From NCBI GenBank assembly GCA_019634005.1, contig JAHQWD010000002.1, forward strand, positions 30,969 to 94,968: a stretch of 64,000 nucleotides of DNA. The letters run 5' to 3'. The notes beneath the pieces are model-generated. The model was given only the letters and a program-made list of their open reading frames with translations, ran no database searches and had not been told where the DNA came from. Source of the DNA: Candidatus Kaiserbacteria bacterium. GTDB lineage: Bacteria; Patescibacteriota; Minisyncoccia; Phycocordibacterales; UBA918. This document shows positions 36,355-45,821 of this stretch, in pieces; position 1 is the first letter of the stretch; each line of letters starts with the position of its first letter. A program made the position numbers and the translations under genes.

Positions 36355-37257
36355 ATGAACACATCAATATCAAATTATAAGATAGCAACCCTTGCAGGAG
36401 CGCTTGCGTTCCTTCTTGTTGCGCCATCGGTATTTGCACAAAGCAATTTCGACCGTGTACAGCGAACAGATTTGCAGGCACAGCAAGTAGAAAGGCAGGA
36501 GGCTGCAGATGCACGGAAGGCGGAGATGGAAGCGATGCAGGCAGAGCGTCAGGATGCGATGGAAGCGAAAAAGGTTGAGGCTGAAGCACAGAAAGAGGAG
36601 CGCATGGAAGCCATGGAGGCGCAAAAGATGGAACGTGCCGAGACTATGGAGGAGCGACAGACCATGATTGTTGAGAAGAAAGAAGAGCGTGAAGCCATGA
36701 TGGAGGAACGCAAGGCGGAGATGGAAGCGAAACGCGAAGAGCGAGAGCTCGCACTTGAAGAAAAACGTGCCGAGATTGAGGCGCGTAAAGAAGAACGTGT
36801 TGCAGCGCTCAGCGAACAGCGACAGGCACGTATCGCAGAGGTTGCAAGCAATGCAACAGACCGTCTCGAAGCAGGAATCAGTAAGGTACAGGGTGCCATC
36901 GACAGCATCACTGAACGTGCAGAAAGTCTTGAAGAGCGTGGCGTTGACGTAGACGCAGCATTTTCAACGCTTGCAAGTGCAGAAAGTGCCCTTGATGAAG
37001 CCGCTGTACTCATTAACGGTCTTGATGTGGAGGTGGAATACACCACGACATCAGACGACCCGCAGGCAGACTGGGAAGGTGCACGAGCACAGTTTGATGA
37101 GATTCGCGATCTTATCAAGTCTGCAGCAGCACTTGTTCGAGAAGCAGTTGCAGAACTGAAGGATGCAGTCGCTGATGCAGATCTCGGTCAAGGAGTGAGT
37201 GACGCGGTGCGTCAGGACGATGCAGATGATACAGTAGAAGATGAAACTACTGAGTAA
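36355..37257 (+). CDS. secreted repetitive Glu/Arg/Met-rich coiled-coil (single-alpha-helix-like) protein
   Basis: Signal peptide ...VAPSVFAQ; degenerate tandem repeats AEMEAMQAERQDAMEAKKVEAEAQKEERMEAMEAQKMERAETMEERQ... then acidic tail. Antisense ORF 36549..37118 is low-complexity artefact. Confidence 0.6.
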   Translation: MNTSISNYKIATLAGALAFLLVAPSVFAQSNFDRVQRTDLQAQQVERQEAADARKAEMEAMQAERQDAMEAKKVEAEAQKEERMEAMEAQKMERAETMEERQTMIVEKKEEREAMMEERKAEMEAKREERELALEEKRAEIEARKEERVAALSEQRQARIAEVASNATDRLEAGISKVQGAIDSITERAESLEERGVDVDAAFSTLASAESALDEAAVLINGLDVEVEYTTTSDDPQADWEGARAQFDEIRDLIKSAAALVREAVAELKDAVADADLGQGVSDAVRQDDADDTVEDETTE

Positions 37258-37279
37258 TTTATTCGCATAATGTATAACT

Positions 37280-37696
37280 ATGGACGAAAATAACAAAGAC
37301 GGTATGACCACTCCAGAGGAGGGATCAATGGATACCGAGAAAATGAACATGCCAGAGCAAGAGGCACCACAACAGACTGCAACACCTGCTCCAGAACCAA
37401 TGACTGAAGCCCCCGCTACAGAGCCAGAGAAAAAATCTTCTCTCCTTGGCCCAATCATTGGTATTGTCATCATCCTTATCCTTCTCATTCTCGTTGGACT
37501 CTATGTCCGCGGTGCAATGATTCGTGAGGATGCGATGATGGAAAATGAAGAAGCAATGATGATGGATGATGAAGATGCCGATGTAGCAGCCCTTGATGAT
37601 ATTGATGCTCTTGTTGAAGACCTTGATGTCGATGCAATCGACGAGGAACTTGAAGCAATTGATGCAGAGCTCGACGAAGCGCTCAGTGACATCTAA
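37280..37696 (+). CDS. single-pass membrane protein with Pro/Thr/Glu-rich N-terminus and acidic C-terminus
   Basis: TM helix LLGPIIGIVIILILLILVGLYV; C-terminal DDEDADVAALDDIDALVEDLDVDAIDEELE. Confidence 0.5.
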   Translation: MDENNKDGMTTPEEGSMDTEKMNMPEQEAPQQTATPAPEPMTEAPATEPEKKSSLLGPIIGIVIILILLILVGLYVRGAMIREDAMMENEEAMMMDDEDADVAALDDIDALVEDLDVDAIDEELEAIDAELDEALSDI

Positions 37697-37715
37697 AGAG
37701 AGATACATACCTCCC

Positions 37716-37746
37716 AAAAATCCACGCATGGTGCGTGGATTTTTGC
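37716..37746 (+). terminator. Rho-independent terminator (aaaaatccacgcatggtgcgtggatttttgc)
   Basis: 9-bp stem + T-tract between surface-protein pair and tig. Confidence 0.6.
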
Positions 37747-37781
37747 ATATTTGCACACCCTCGTGTACACTGTCCCCCACT

Positions 37782-38879
37782 ATGACAAAAGATGAACTAA
37801 AGAACATTAGCGTAGAAAAACAAGAGGGCTCAGCGGTGAAAATTACTGGTGAAATTCCGTTTGAACACCTTGCTCGTCACCGCGAAGCAGCGGTAAAGCA
37901 CCTTGCAAAAGATATTGAAATCGATGGCTTCCGTAAGGGAAACATCCCAGAGAAAGTACTCGTAGAACGTGTCGGAGAAGGACCAATTCTCGAGGAAATG
38001 GCCAACCGTGCACTCCAGGATGCATACCCGAAGATTATCGAGGAGCACAACATTGATGTGATCGGGTACCCACAGATCTCTCTCACCAAACTTGCGATGG
38101 ATAATCCACTTGGATTCACCGCAACAGTTGCAACGGTGCCAGAAATCAAACTCCCAGACTACAAAAAGATTGCGGGGGAGATTAACAAAGACAAAGAGTC
38201 TGCAGACGTGACCGAGGAAGATATTGAGAACCAGATCAAGGACATTCTTCGCCAGAAGACTGCGTACGAACGTCTCCAGAAGAAGGCAGAGCAGGCAAAG
38301 GAAGGTGAAGAAGCACCAACTGATGAACCAGAAGGAGAGGTAAAGGATGAGGAACTTCCAGAACTCACTGATGAAATTGTAAAAACACTCGGACAGCCTG
38401 GACAATTTGAGAATGTTGAAGACTTCAAGGCGAAAATCAAGGAACATCTTGAAATCCAGAAGAAGCAAGAAGTGGAGTCTGCCCACCGTGCAAAAATCAC
38501 TGATGCCATTGTAGAAGAGACAGAGATGGAACTTCCGAAAGTGCTCATCGATGCAGAAATTGCACAGATGTTTGGACAGATGGAGCAGGATCTTACACGC
38601 GCAGGGCTGAAGATTGATGACTACCTCGGTCACATGAAAAAGACACGTGAAGATCTTGTGAAAGAATGGACTCCAAGCGCAGAGAAGCGTGCGAAACTGC
38701 AGTTGGTACTCAATGAAATTGCAAAGCAGGAAGACACAAAGCCTGATGAGACAGAATTGAAGAATCAAACTGATGCACTTATCGCACAGTACAAGGACGC
38801 GGACGAGACACGTGTACGTACATACGTTGCATCAGTGCTCACTAACGAAGCAGTGATGAAGATGTTGGAGAGTCAATAG
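37782..38879 (+). CDS. tig: trigger factor
   Basis: Start trimmed to ATG 37782; N-terminal ribosome-binding region ([18 protein letters not shown]... GFRKGNIP) and overall TF length/composition. Confidence 0.9.
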   Translation: MTKDELKNISVEKQEGSAVKITGEIPFEHLARHREAAVKHLAKDIEIDGFRKGNIPEKVLVERVGEGPILEEMANRALQDAYPKIIEEHNIDVIGYPQISLTKLAMDNPLGFTATVATVPEIKLPDYKKIAGEINKDKESADVTEEDIENQIKDILRQKTAYERLQKKAEQAKEGEEAPTDEPEGEVKDEELPELTDEIVKTLGQPGQFENVEDFKAKIKEHLEIQKKQEVESAHRAKITDAIVEETEMELPKVLIDAEIAQMFGQMEQDLTRAGLKIDDYLGHMKKTREDLVKEWTPSAEKRAKLQLVLNEIAKQEDTKPDETELKNQTDALIAQYKDADETRVRTYVASVLTNEAVMKMLESQ

Positions 38880-38884
38880 ACTTC

Positions 38885-39505
38885 GTGATACACTCACCTC
38901 ATATGGAACACAAAAATACCGAGACAAATAACTTTCTCGTCCCTATGGTCGTTGAAAAAAGCGCCCAAGGCGAACGTGCGTTTGATATCTACTCACGTCT
39001 TCTTAAGGAGCGCATTATCTTTGTAACTGGTCCAATTGAAGACCATATGGCAAACCTCGTGGTAGCCCAACTTCTCTTCCTTGAAGCAGAAGATCCAAAG
39101 AAAGATATCTACCTCTACGTAAACTCTCCAGGAGGAAGTGTCACCGCAGGACTTGGTATTGTAGACACTATGAATCACATCAAGCCAGATGTCGTGACCG
39201 TCTGTGTCGGTATGGCAGCATCTATGGGATCCATCATCCTCTCACAGGGGGCAAAAGGAAAGCGAAGTATTCTTTCAAACGCCGAGGTGATGATTCATCA
39301 ACCATGGGGTGGTGCACAGGGACAGGCGTCTGACATTGAAATTACTGCACGTCACATTCTGAAGACTCGTGAACGTCTTAATAAGATGCTTGCGAAAGCA
39401 ACTGGTAAGGCATTGTCTCAGATTGAAAAAGATACCGACCGCGACTTCTTTATGACCGCAGAAGAAGCAAAGAAATACGGTATTGTCGACGAGATATTGA
39501 AATAA
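38885..39505 (+). CDS. clpP: ATP-dependent Clp protease proteolytic subunit
   Basis: [36 protein letters not shown], catalytic [13 protein letters not shown]; ATG at 38903 alternative. Confidence 0.93.
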   Translation: MIHSPHMEHKNTETNNFLVPMVVEKSAQGERAFDIYSRLLKERIIFVTGPIEDHMANLVVAQLLFLEAEDPKKDIYLYVNSPGGSVTAGLGIVDTMNHIKPDVVTVCVGMAASMGSIILSQGAKGKRSILSNAEVMIHQPWGGAQGQASDIEITARHILKTRERLNKMLAKATGKALSQIEKDTDRDFFMTAEEAKKYGIVDEILK

Positions 39506-39506
39506 T

Positions 39507-40712
39507 CTATACTCTCTTAACTTCCGCCCACCTCGTTGTGTACCGAGGTGAGCGGTTTTTTTGTTCTTTCTGTTTCGCCACCCTTCCGATAGTGAGCGTA
39601 TCAACACCAAACCGCTCGTTAATACTGTCGAGCGTACTCATAAGGGTATTGTCAGTCTCCTCTTCTGCAAAAAGTGTGTGCTGTGTGTACTCTATAGGTA
39701 CAATTCTCGAGACAGATACACCTACTTTTTTATACAAAACATCTGGTTCATACAGTTCTCGAAGTATATGGAGTGCTTCTTTAAGCATGAGACGTGTGTC
39801 GCTTGTTGGTGCGATGAGTACCACCTCCTTCCGTCCCCCACGCAGTGCCCAATCTCCAAATCGGCTCGTCCCTAAAGATACATTCAATACCGAACATACT
39901 GCGTCCATTTCTCTCAGCTCCTTGGCCACTTGCTCCACGTGATGCGCCAGTGCAGATTCCAAAACAGAGAGATCTATTGTTGTTTTGGTAAGGGAGCGTG
40001 TGCTCATGATGCTCTTTTGCATTCCCAGCCTATCCTTCGGATGGTACACAGGGTGTTCTCCGAGTTCTTTCTGCACTCTCGTGCCATGTATACCAAAGAG
40101 TGTCTCAATACGCGCAGGGTCTGCATCCAGGAGGTCTTGTACCATAACCAACTCATGCTCCCGCATAGCACGCGCTGTTTTTCCTCCAATTCCCCATATG
40201 GCAGCAAGCGGAATATCTGGAGTTAGCTTCTGCCACTTCTCTCCCTCAAGTACACACAGCCCACTTCCCCGTTTTTCGTATTCACTCGCGTATTTTGCGA
40301 TGGTCATAGTCTTTCCAGCTCCCAAAGATACGGGAATACCAATGTGTTTCTCTATCAATGCTTTAATGCGAGGAAGCTCTTTCGCATCCTTGAGCACCAT
40401 AAACGCTTCGTCGATAGAATATTGGTACACATGTCCCACCTCCTCTTCAAGTGTGCGCATCACCCGAGCTGAGATATCTTTGTATAGCTCAAAGTTTGCT
40501 GAGAAGACTGCAACATTATGTTTCTTCACAATGTCCTCCACCTGAAAGTATGGGGCAGCCATAGGGATACCGAGTTCCTTTGCCTCTTCACTCCGCGCAA
40601 CCACCACACCGCCTCCGCCTCCCGCTACTATCGTGGGGCGTCCAACTAAATCCGGACGAAACAAACGCTCGCAAGAGACAAAGAAGTTATTACAGTCCAG
40701 AAGCACAAACAT
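39507..40712 (-). CDS. umuC: Y-family DNA polymerase (UmuC/DinB-like, translesion synthesis)
   Basis: MFVLLDCNNFFVSCERLFRPDL...SIDEAF... IGIPVSLGAGKTMTIAKYAS, IWGIGGKTA motifs of Y-family pols; downstream of umuD-like gene. Confidence 0.88.
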   Translation of the reverse strand: MFVLLDCNNFFVSCERLFRPDLVGRPTIVAGGGGGVVVARSEEAKELGIPMAAPYFQVEDIVKKHNVAVFSANFELYKDISARVMRTLEEEVGHVYQYSIDEAFMVLKDAKELPRIKALIEKHIGIPVSLGAGKTMTIAKYASEYEKRGSGLCVLEGEKWQKLTPDIPLAAIWGIGGKTARAMREHELVMVQDLLDADPARIETLFGIHGTRVQKELGEHPVYHPKDRLGMQKSIMSTRSLTKTTIDLSVLESALAHHVEQVAKELREMDAVCSVLNVSLGTSRFGDWALRGGRKEVVLIAPTSDTRLMLKEALHILRELYEPDVLYKKVGVSVSRIVPIEYTQHTLFAEEETDNTLMSTLDSINERFGVDTLTIGRVAKQKEQKNRSPRYTTRWAEVKRV

Positions 40713-40714
40713 AT

Positions 40715-41002
40715 TTAATATTTCCGTACGAGACCAATAACCACACCCCAGAGCGTCACCTCTTCTTTTTCTTCCCAGTATCCAAGCTCCATCTCCCCTT
40801 CTACAACCTGAATCACCAGACTTCCTTTCTTAGGTGTCTGCGACCGATCTACCGCCACCATGTCCCCTGCGTGTATGTCACTCCCTTCAGGACCATCTTC
40901 TTCTGTTTGTATAAAAAAGGTACTCTCTGGATTTTGTACGAGATATTCCCTGATATCGAGCGGATGATGCGCATCCTCTCCTTTGGTGAAGCCTTTTGCC
41001 AT
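40715..41002 (-). CDS. umuD: short UmuD/LexA-like S24 peptidase-fold protein (95 aa)
   Basis: GSDIHAGDMVAVD...GSLVIQVVEGEMELGYW resembles S24 core (GDSMIDAGISDGDLLIVD); lacks N-terminal arm/cleavage site, catalytic Lys not evident. Confidence 0.55.
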   Translation of the reverse strand: MAKGFTKGEDAHHPLDIREYLVQNPESTFFIQTEEDGPEGSDIHAGDMVAVDRSQTPKKGSLVIQVVEGEMELGYWEEKEEVTLWGVVIGLVRKY

Positions 41003-41141
41003 ATGCCCATTGTACCAATAATAAAGAAAGGCCGTCGGTGCACCGACGGCCTGGACAGGTATTTACATGGAGAGGTTAAGATCCTTGCTACGCGAAAGAC
41101 AACCCCAATACCTGATACTCCAGCATCATCTTATCACAAAA

Positions 41142-41705
41142 TTATCCTTTCACCCCCACCACAAACGTCGTGTAGTTAAACTTAAGGTCTTGTATAGATT
41201 CTTCAAGAATCTCGAGTTCGTATAACTCAGCACACCTGCGTGGTGCAATAACTGCGGTAGTGTCTGGAAGTTCTCCGTCATGGAGTGCTTTTGCAGCTGC
41301 CGCAGTATCTTTATACTCTGCAATCTCAATATGTCCCCAAATACGCTTTAAATACATACGACACTGCTTAAGCGCCTGATCATGTGAGGTAATACTTTCA
41401 ATGTGTGAGGCAGTCACCCCTGGTTTCACAAGGAGATTGTGATGGACATCTATCTCAAACATCTTTTCAACTTTAAACCGATGCTTCGCCATCGCGTGTA
41501 CTGCCTCAATCACAATACCTCCATTGGAGTTCTCGATTGGAAAAATACCCTTATCTATAGCCCCCGTTTCAATAGCGTCAAGTACTGCCTCTGCAGAAAC
41601 AAGTGGTATCAATGCTCCATCGGGAAGCTTCTCGTCTTCAATATACCGCTCCCCTGCCTGTTCAGAGAAACTTCCCTTTGCACCCATAATTCCAATACGT
41701 ATCAT
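41142..41705 (-). CDS. prephenate dehydratase domain protein (PDT only, no ACT domain)
   Basis: Matches B. subtilis PheA catalytic region: IPLVSAEAVLDAIETGAIDKGIFPIENSNGG, ITSHDQALKQCRMYL, TAAAAKAL, KFNYTTFVV. Confidence 0.75.
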   Translation of the reverse strand: MIRIGIMGAKGSFSEQAGERYIEDEKLPDGALIPLVSAEAVLDAIETGAIDKGIFPIENSNGGIVIEAVHAMAKHRFKVEKMFEIDVHHNLLVKPGVTASHIESITSHDQALKQCRMYLKRIWGHIEIAEYKDTAAAAKALHDGELPDTTAVIAPRRCAELYELEILEESIQDLKFNYTTFVVGVKG

Positions 41706-41884
41706 AGAGAAAAGCGTATCACACTCGTGTGACGTAAAGATAACCAGAACACAAAAAATATTCTGTTACTAGTGCCTTGCGCCAAAAAAAGCGTACTATA
41801 TAATGGTTTGAAGCCACAGAATTGGCATCAAGTGGAAAGTGCAAACATTTTTACTCACCACATTTAAAAAATTCAGTAACTACT

Positions 41885-42157
41885 ATGAACAAGGCAGATA
41901 TCATCAACAAAGTACACGAGACCCTCGGAGGGACTCGTGCTGACGCAGAACGAGCAGTTGAGACTATGGTTTCAACTATCGTTGACACTCTAAAAGATGG
42001 TAACGAGGTTTCTATCGCAGGACTCGGTATCTTCTCAGCTAAGATGCGAAATGCACGTACTGGACGTAACCCACGTACTGGCGAGACTATCCAGATCCCA
42101 GCAATGCGCGTGCCTAAGTTCCGCGCTGCGAAGGCTCTCAAGGACGCTGTTAAGTAA
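41885..42157 (+). CDS. hup: DNA-binding protein HU
   Basis: MNKADIINKV...GFGTF-like GLGIFSAKMRNARTGRNPRTGETIQIPA; start trimmed to 41885. Confidence 0.9.
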   Translation: MNKADIINKVHETLGGTRADAERAVETMVSTIVDTLKDGNEVSIAGLGIFSAKMRNARTGRNPRTGETIQIPAMRVPKFRAAKALKDAVK

Positions 42158-42171
42158 ACAACCCTTTGTTC

Positions 42172-42205
42172 AAAAAACCACACGCCATATGGCGTGTGGT
42201 TTTTT
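42172..42205. terminator. Bidirectional terminator between hup (+) and DM13 gene (-) (aaaaaaccacacgccatatggcgtgtggtttttt)
   Basis: 10-bp perfect stem flanked by A6/T6. Confidence 0.65.
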
Positions 42206-42207
42206 GT

Positions 42208-42630
42208 CTATATCTCTGCGTAGTTAAACAACACACTAAACGGCACACACCAATACATCACGTAAGAATATTCTGTGATATCTATATCCTCAGGAACAAC
42301 ATAGTTGATATTCCCTTCTGTTCCCCGTATTGGTCCAAGATCTACAAACTCTTTTGCATCGAGATCTTTTGCAAGATATACATGAAGATTTGGTCCATTT
42401 ATTGTTTTAAAGTTCTCGTATCGAATAATGGTTTCCCCGTCCACGCCTTCAATAATCCGTACTGTTCCTGATGCGGGATGGGTTGGCGTATCAATAATCT
42501 CCGCACTCTGTACCTCAGTACTCTCAGGAGCAGTCTCATCAAGTGAAACATTCCTAAAGAATGGAGAGATTGTATAGTATCCAATCCCGAGGACGATGAC
42601 GATAATAACGATGCCGATGATTTTTTTCAT
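42208..42630 (-). CDS. membrane-anchored DM13-like domain protein; tentative
   Basis: N-terminal TM anchor MKKIIGIVIIVIVLGIGYY then ~110-aa beta-rich domain (GTVRIIEGVDGETIIRYENFKTINGPNLHVYLAK) reminiscent of DM13; start trimmed to 42630. Confidence 0.4.
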   Translation of the reverse strand: MKKIIGIVIIVIVLGIGYYTISPFFRNVSLDETAPESTEVQSAEIIDTPTHPASGTVRIIEGVDGETIIRYENFKTINGPNLHVYLAKDLDAKEFVDLGPIRGTEGNINYVVPEDIDITEYSYVMYWCVPFSVLFNYAEI

Positions 42631-42696
42631 ACGGTAAGCGTAACATAAATTCCGGCGCATCATCTGATGCGCCGGCTGTGTTTGTGATTTTTTGGA

Positions 42697-43437
42697 TTAA
42701 TCTTCATCTGATTCGTTGATGATTGTAGTCCTTTCGATGTGAGAATTATTTACAGACGTACTGGCCACGAGGGGTGCGCCGATCATGACCGCACCAAGTC
42801 CACTTGCGACAATTTCGTCCGGAGGAACCTCCATTTTAGTCGCAGTCTTTTTGAGGACCTCTGCACGCATCTCTGCTGCAGCTTCCAGATTCACAATAGG
42901 GGCACTCTCTGGAGTGGGCGCAACCGTTGTCAATCGGAAGTCGATCAGTGAAATCCCCCATTCGTCTGTTCGTTCTTTGATAGTCTTAAAGATCTCCCTT
43001 GAGATCACCTCGGTGTCTGCAAGATCATGATGATCCTTGCGTTGCGCAATCTTGTCGCGAAGAACACCCATCGCAAGTTGCTCGATAGACTCATCGAGCA
43101 TTTCAATTTCAAAGAGTGCCTTGTATATATCGTTGACACGAAAATACAAAGCGCCGGCAACACGAAAAGTGAGACCGCTCTTCAAAGTTATCACTTGCTC
43201 ATCCAGAGTCACTTCTTGTTGCCGAACATGGCGACGACGTAATGTTTCCACAAATGGAATCATCCAGACAAAGCCGGGTTTGATCACTTTGGGAGTACCA
43301 TCCCTGGTACGCACCACTTTACCAAACCGCAACTTGAGCCCAAGAGATCCCTCTTGCACAAATCTGAAACTCTGGAAAAGAGCAACAGCACCTGAACCAA
43401 GTACTGCAACTGACTCGACTATTCCACCACCTATCAT
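42697..43437 (-). CDS. SPFH/Band-7 (stomatin/HflC-like) domain protein
   Basis: N-terminal TM then EQVITLKSGLTFRVAGALYFRVNDIYKALFEIE...QLAMGVLRDKIAQ pattern typical of SPFH. Confidence 0.75.
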   Translation of the reverse strand: MIGGGIVESVAVLGSGAVALFQSFRFVQEGSLGLKLRFGKVVRTRDGTPKVIKPGFVWMIPFVETLRRRHVRQQEVTLDEQVITLKSGLTFRVAGALYFRVNDIYKALFEIEMLDESIEQLAMGVLRDKIAQRKDHHDLADTEVISREIFKTIKERTDEWGISLIDFRLTTVAPTPESAPIVNLEAAAEMRAEVLKKTATKMEVPPDEIVASGLGAVMIGAPLVASTSVNNSHIERTTIINESDED

Positions 43438-43506
43438 GATGTTTTCTCCTGTTTGTCCAAACTAAGTGGAACTGTACACTAACTAATGGCCCTGTCAAGA
43501 AAACAC

Positions 43507-43530
43507 AAAAACCGCCTTTCGGCGGTTTTT
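43507..43530 (-). terminator. Terminator downstream of tRNA-Gly (aaaaaccgccgaaaggcggttttt on minus)
   Basis: 6-bp stem ACCGCC/GGCGGT + U-tract. Confidence 0.55.
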
Positions 43531-43537
43531 GCTTTGG

Positions 43538-43608
43538 TGCGGGTGAGAGGAATCGAACCCCCGACCTCTGCTTGGAAGGCAGATGTTTTACCACTAAACT
43601 ACACCCGC
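43538..43608 (-). tRNA. tRNA-Gly (anticodon UCC)
   Basis: Minus read GCGGGTG TA GTTT AGTGGTA AAAC A TCTGC CTTCCAA GCAGA GGTC GGGGG TTCGATT CCTCT CACCCGC A; perfect acceptor and anticodon stems, two G-U in T-stem; no encoded CCA. Confidence 0.75.
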
Positions 43609-43639
43609 AAGTGAGTAGGATTCTATCACACTTTTAGTT

Positions 43640-44962
43640 TTACTCAACAACAGCGTCAGTCGTTGTCGCAGTCTCTGTTTCGTCTTCTATAGTATCTTCC
43701 TCCTCCACAACCTCTTTCGCTTCTTCTAGGAGCATTTTGAGACTCTCAAGGTATCCTTTGGCAGCTTCCACTGCTTCTTCTGCGGTATCAAAATCTTTTT
43801 CTGCAAGTGTACTTGATGCAGTCTCTACACTTGAATCAAATGCAGTTGTTGTAGATGCAATATCGGTGTCCTCTTCGTCGAGCTCAAAAGCATTTCGTGC
43901 ATTCATAAGTTCATCAAGAGCACCAAGAATCGCAGTGGTGCGTTCTTCATCTGTCTTCTCCGCTGGCACAAGGTCTTCAAGGAGTACGCTCTCTCGAACA
44001 TCGATATCAGTGATGAAGAGTACGAGCTTCTGGATGTCACGAAGTGTCGTTGCAAGAATACTGATTGGATTCACCTTCTCTTCTTCTGCAACTACAGGAG
44101 TCGTTGTTCCTGTTGAAGTAGCAGTATCCGCTTCGTGTGCAAGGTGCGCAGTCTCTACTTTTTTCTCAATATCTCCGAGACGTCGCTCAATGTCTGTGCG
44201 CTCTTCGTCGGTGACTGAGCCATTAATTGCAGCGAAGAGATCCTCGACACGAGTAATCTCCTCATGTACCCGAGTATTGAGCCTCTCGTATGATGGCGTT
44301 GAGGTGCTCACTGCACTCTGCGCATCACGAAGGACGCCTGCAACTCCTTCTGAGGAGCCACCGACACCACGCGCTTCGTCACTTGAAAGTACCGCAGACT
44401 GTACTTCAAGGGTAGAACTAAATGCGATTTCTGCGATAGCCGCCTCTTCTGCATCACTGTTCTTAAGCTCATTAATGCCCTCCTGTACTGCTGACGCATG
44501 TCCTTTTACGGTCTCTGCAATCTTTGCATCAGTTTCTTCATTAAGCTTCCCTTCTTTTGCAAGAAGACGTGCTTCTGCAATACGTCGCTCAAGGAGTTCT
44601 GTCTCAAAGGCTACTTTCTCATACGGAGAATCTGCAAAGGATGCAAGAATACTTTCGTTAATCTTTGTCTTGATAGGATAAAGCACATCTCCTGGCACTG
44701 CTTTCTCTGCAGCAAATGGAAGTACGAGTACGACAAACACCGCCATGAACGCTCCTGCAAGACTGCGTGTATGTGACTGGCTCCACGCAAGCACTTCTCC
44801 AACATTAAATGATGGAACCTCCGTACGCTTCTCACGCATTGTTTCAGGAAGCGGATGATACTCCATGTATGAAAGGACACGATCACGAAGCATACGGCGT
44901 TCTGCCGCTTTCAAGCGTGTTTTTTCTGCAATCTTTGTAATGTCGTTATCAAAAGACTTCAT
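43640..44962 (-). CDS. membrane protein downstream of ECF sigma factor, probable anti-sigma factor with large acidic extracytoplasmic domain
   Basis: N-terminal cytoplasmic segment, TM helix AGAFMAVFVVLVLPFAA, Glu/Thr/Ala-rich C-terminus; 12 nt after sigma gene stop. Antisense ORF 43737..44681 is artefact. Confidence 0.45.
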   Translation of the reverse strand: MKSFDNDITKIAEKTRLKAAERRMLRDRVLSYMEYHPLPETMREKRTEVPSFNVGEVLAWSQSHTRSLAGAFMAVFVVLVLPFAAEKAVPGDVLYPIKTKINESILASFADSPYEKVAFETELLERRIAEARLLAKEGKLNEETDAKIAETVKGHASAVQEGINELKNSDAEEAAIAEIAFSSTLEVQSAVLSSDEARGVGGSSEGVAGVLRDAQSAVSTSTPSYERLNTRVHEEITRVEDLFAAINGSVTDEERTDIERRLGDIEKKVETAHLAHEADTATSTGTTTPVVAEEEKVNPISILATTLRDIQKLVLFITDIDVRESVLLEDLVPAEKTDEERTTAILGALDELMNARNAFELDEEDTDIASTTTAFDSSVETASSTLAEKDFDTAEEAVEAAKGYLESLKMLLEEAKEVVEEEDTIEDETETATTTDAVVE

Positions 44963-44974
44963 AATCGTGTGGAA

Positions 44975-45616
44975 CTATTTGAATGCACGACGCATTCGGG
45001 ACGCTTCCTCTTCCCCGTCATCAATTTTTTGTTTCAATGCTTTCAGTCCGCGATGTAGGCGAACAGAAACAACGTTCTCTGTCTCCTCTATCAGGTGACT
45101 GATCTCCTTCGGACCAAGTCCGTCAATGAATCGAAGTACCAACACCTCACGATACGTGTCTGGAATCTCTTCAAGGAGTCCCAATGCACGTTCAGCATCC
45201 ATCGAAAATGTTAACTCTTCGATGGAACCACCGTGAAGTTCTTCAAACTTCCCCTCATCAGTCCCCTCTTCTTCCATAAGCGCATCGAGTGAGTGTTCTT
45301 TACGCTTACGGTACTCATCGATGATGAGATTGTTGAGAATCTTGTACAGGAATGGTTTGTATGACTGTACTTCGTGTCCTCCGCGGATATACCCCCACAC
45401 TTTTGTGAAGGTGTCGTGAACGAGTTCGATTCCCCGTTCGCGATCCGAGAGTCTGTACACAGCATGGCGAAAGAGCGCATCACTGTATTCATCAAAAGCT
45501 TTCAAGAAACGTTCCTCATGGTTCCCTCCTGAAGCGATGTTTTCGTTTGTGAGTCCATCTTTCTCCATGTGTGAACCATTATATACGGAGACGGACGAAA
45601 TGCCGACTTCTTTCAC
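44975..45616 (-). CDS. RNA polymerase sigma-70 factor, ECF subfamily
   Basis: Region 2 (ERFLKAFDEYSDALFRHAVYRLSDRERGIELVHDTFTKVW) and region 4 HTH (EVLVLRFIDGLGPKEISHLIEETENVVSVRLHRGLKALK). Confidence 0.8.
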   Translation of the reverse strand: MKEVGISSVSVYNGSHMEKDGLTNENIASGGNHEERFLKAFDEYSDALFRHAVYRLSDRERGIELVHDTFTKVWGYIRGGHEVQSYKPFLYKILNNLIIDEYRKRKEHSLDALMEEEGTDEGKFEELHGGSIEELTFSMDAERALGLLEEIPDTYREVLVLRFIDGLGPKEISHLIEETENVVSVRLHRGLKALKQKIDDGEEEASRMRRAFK

Positions 45617-45695
45617 AGAATAAGGCTCGATTTTTCCTCAAACAGATGGTATGATTGCCCCTGCACAATTTGCTTATATTTCTTTTTGTTTAAGT

Positions 45696-45766
45696 CGGGG
45701 TGTAGCATAATGGTAGTGTACACGGTTTGGGACCGTGCGGCCGGGGTTCGATTCCCCGCTCCCCGA
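45696..45766 (+). tRNA. tRNA-Pro (anticodon UGG)
   Basis: CGGGGTG TA GCAT AATGGTA GTGT A CACGG TTTGGGA CCGTG CGGC CGGGG TTCGATT CCCCG CTCCCCG A; perfect anticodon and T stems; one U-U mismatch in acceptor stem (pos 6-67). Confidence 0.75.
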
Positions 45767-45787
45767 CTTAGGCTGAAAGAGAAAGAA

Positions 45788-45811
45788 AAGAACATGCAGT
45801 ACTGCATGTTC
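45788..45811 (+). terminator. 24-bp perfect palindrome agaacatgcagtactgcatgttct followed by T-tract; terminator after tRNA-Pro
   Basis: Read directly; shares GAAC/CATG/GTTC elements with downstream repeat array. Confidence 0.5.
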
Positions 45812-45821
45812 TTTTCTTTTG

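Noticed and set aside
36549-37118. 189-aa minus-strand ORF inside the repeat-protein gene (also 37501..37692 Ser-rich ORF)
   Set aside because: Low-complexity Ser/Ala/Arg translation produced by reading GAA/GAG-rich coding repeats on the opposite strand; no start context.
37830-38768. 312-aa minus-strand ORF overlapping tig
   Set aside because: Trigger factor on the + strand is clearly real; antisense ORF is Cys/Phe/Leu-rich nonsense.
43737-44681. 314-aa + strand ORF inside the anti-sigma-like gene
   Set aside because: Ser/Ala/Arg-rich antisense artefact of the Glu/Ala/Thr-rich minus-strand gene that directly follows the ECF sigma gene.
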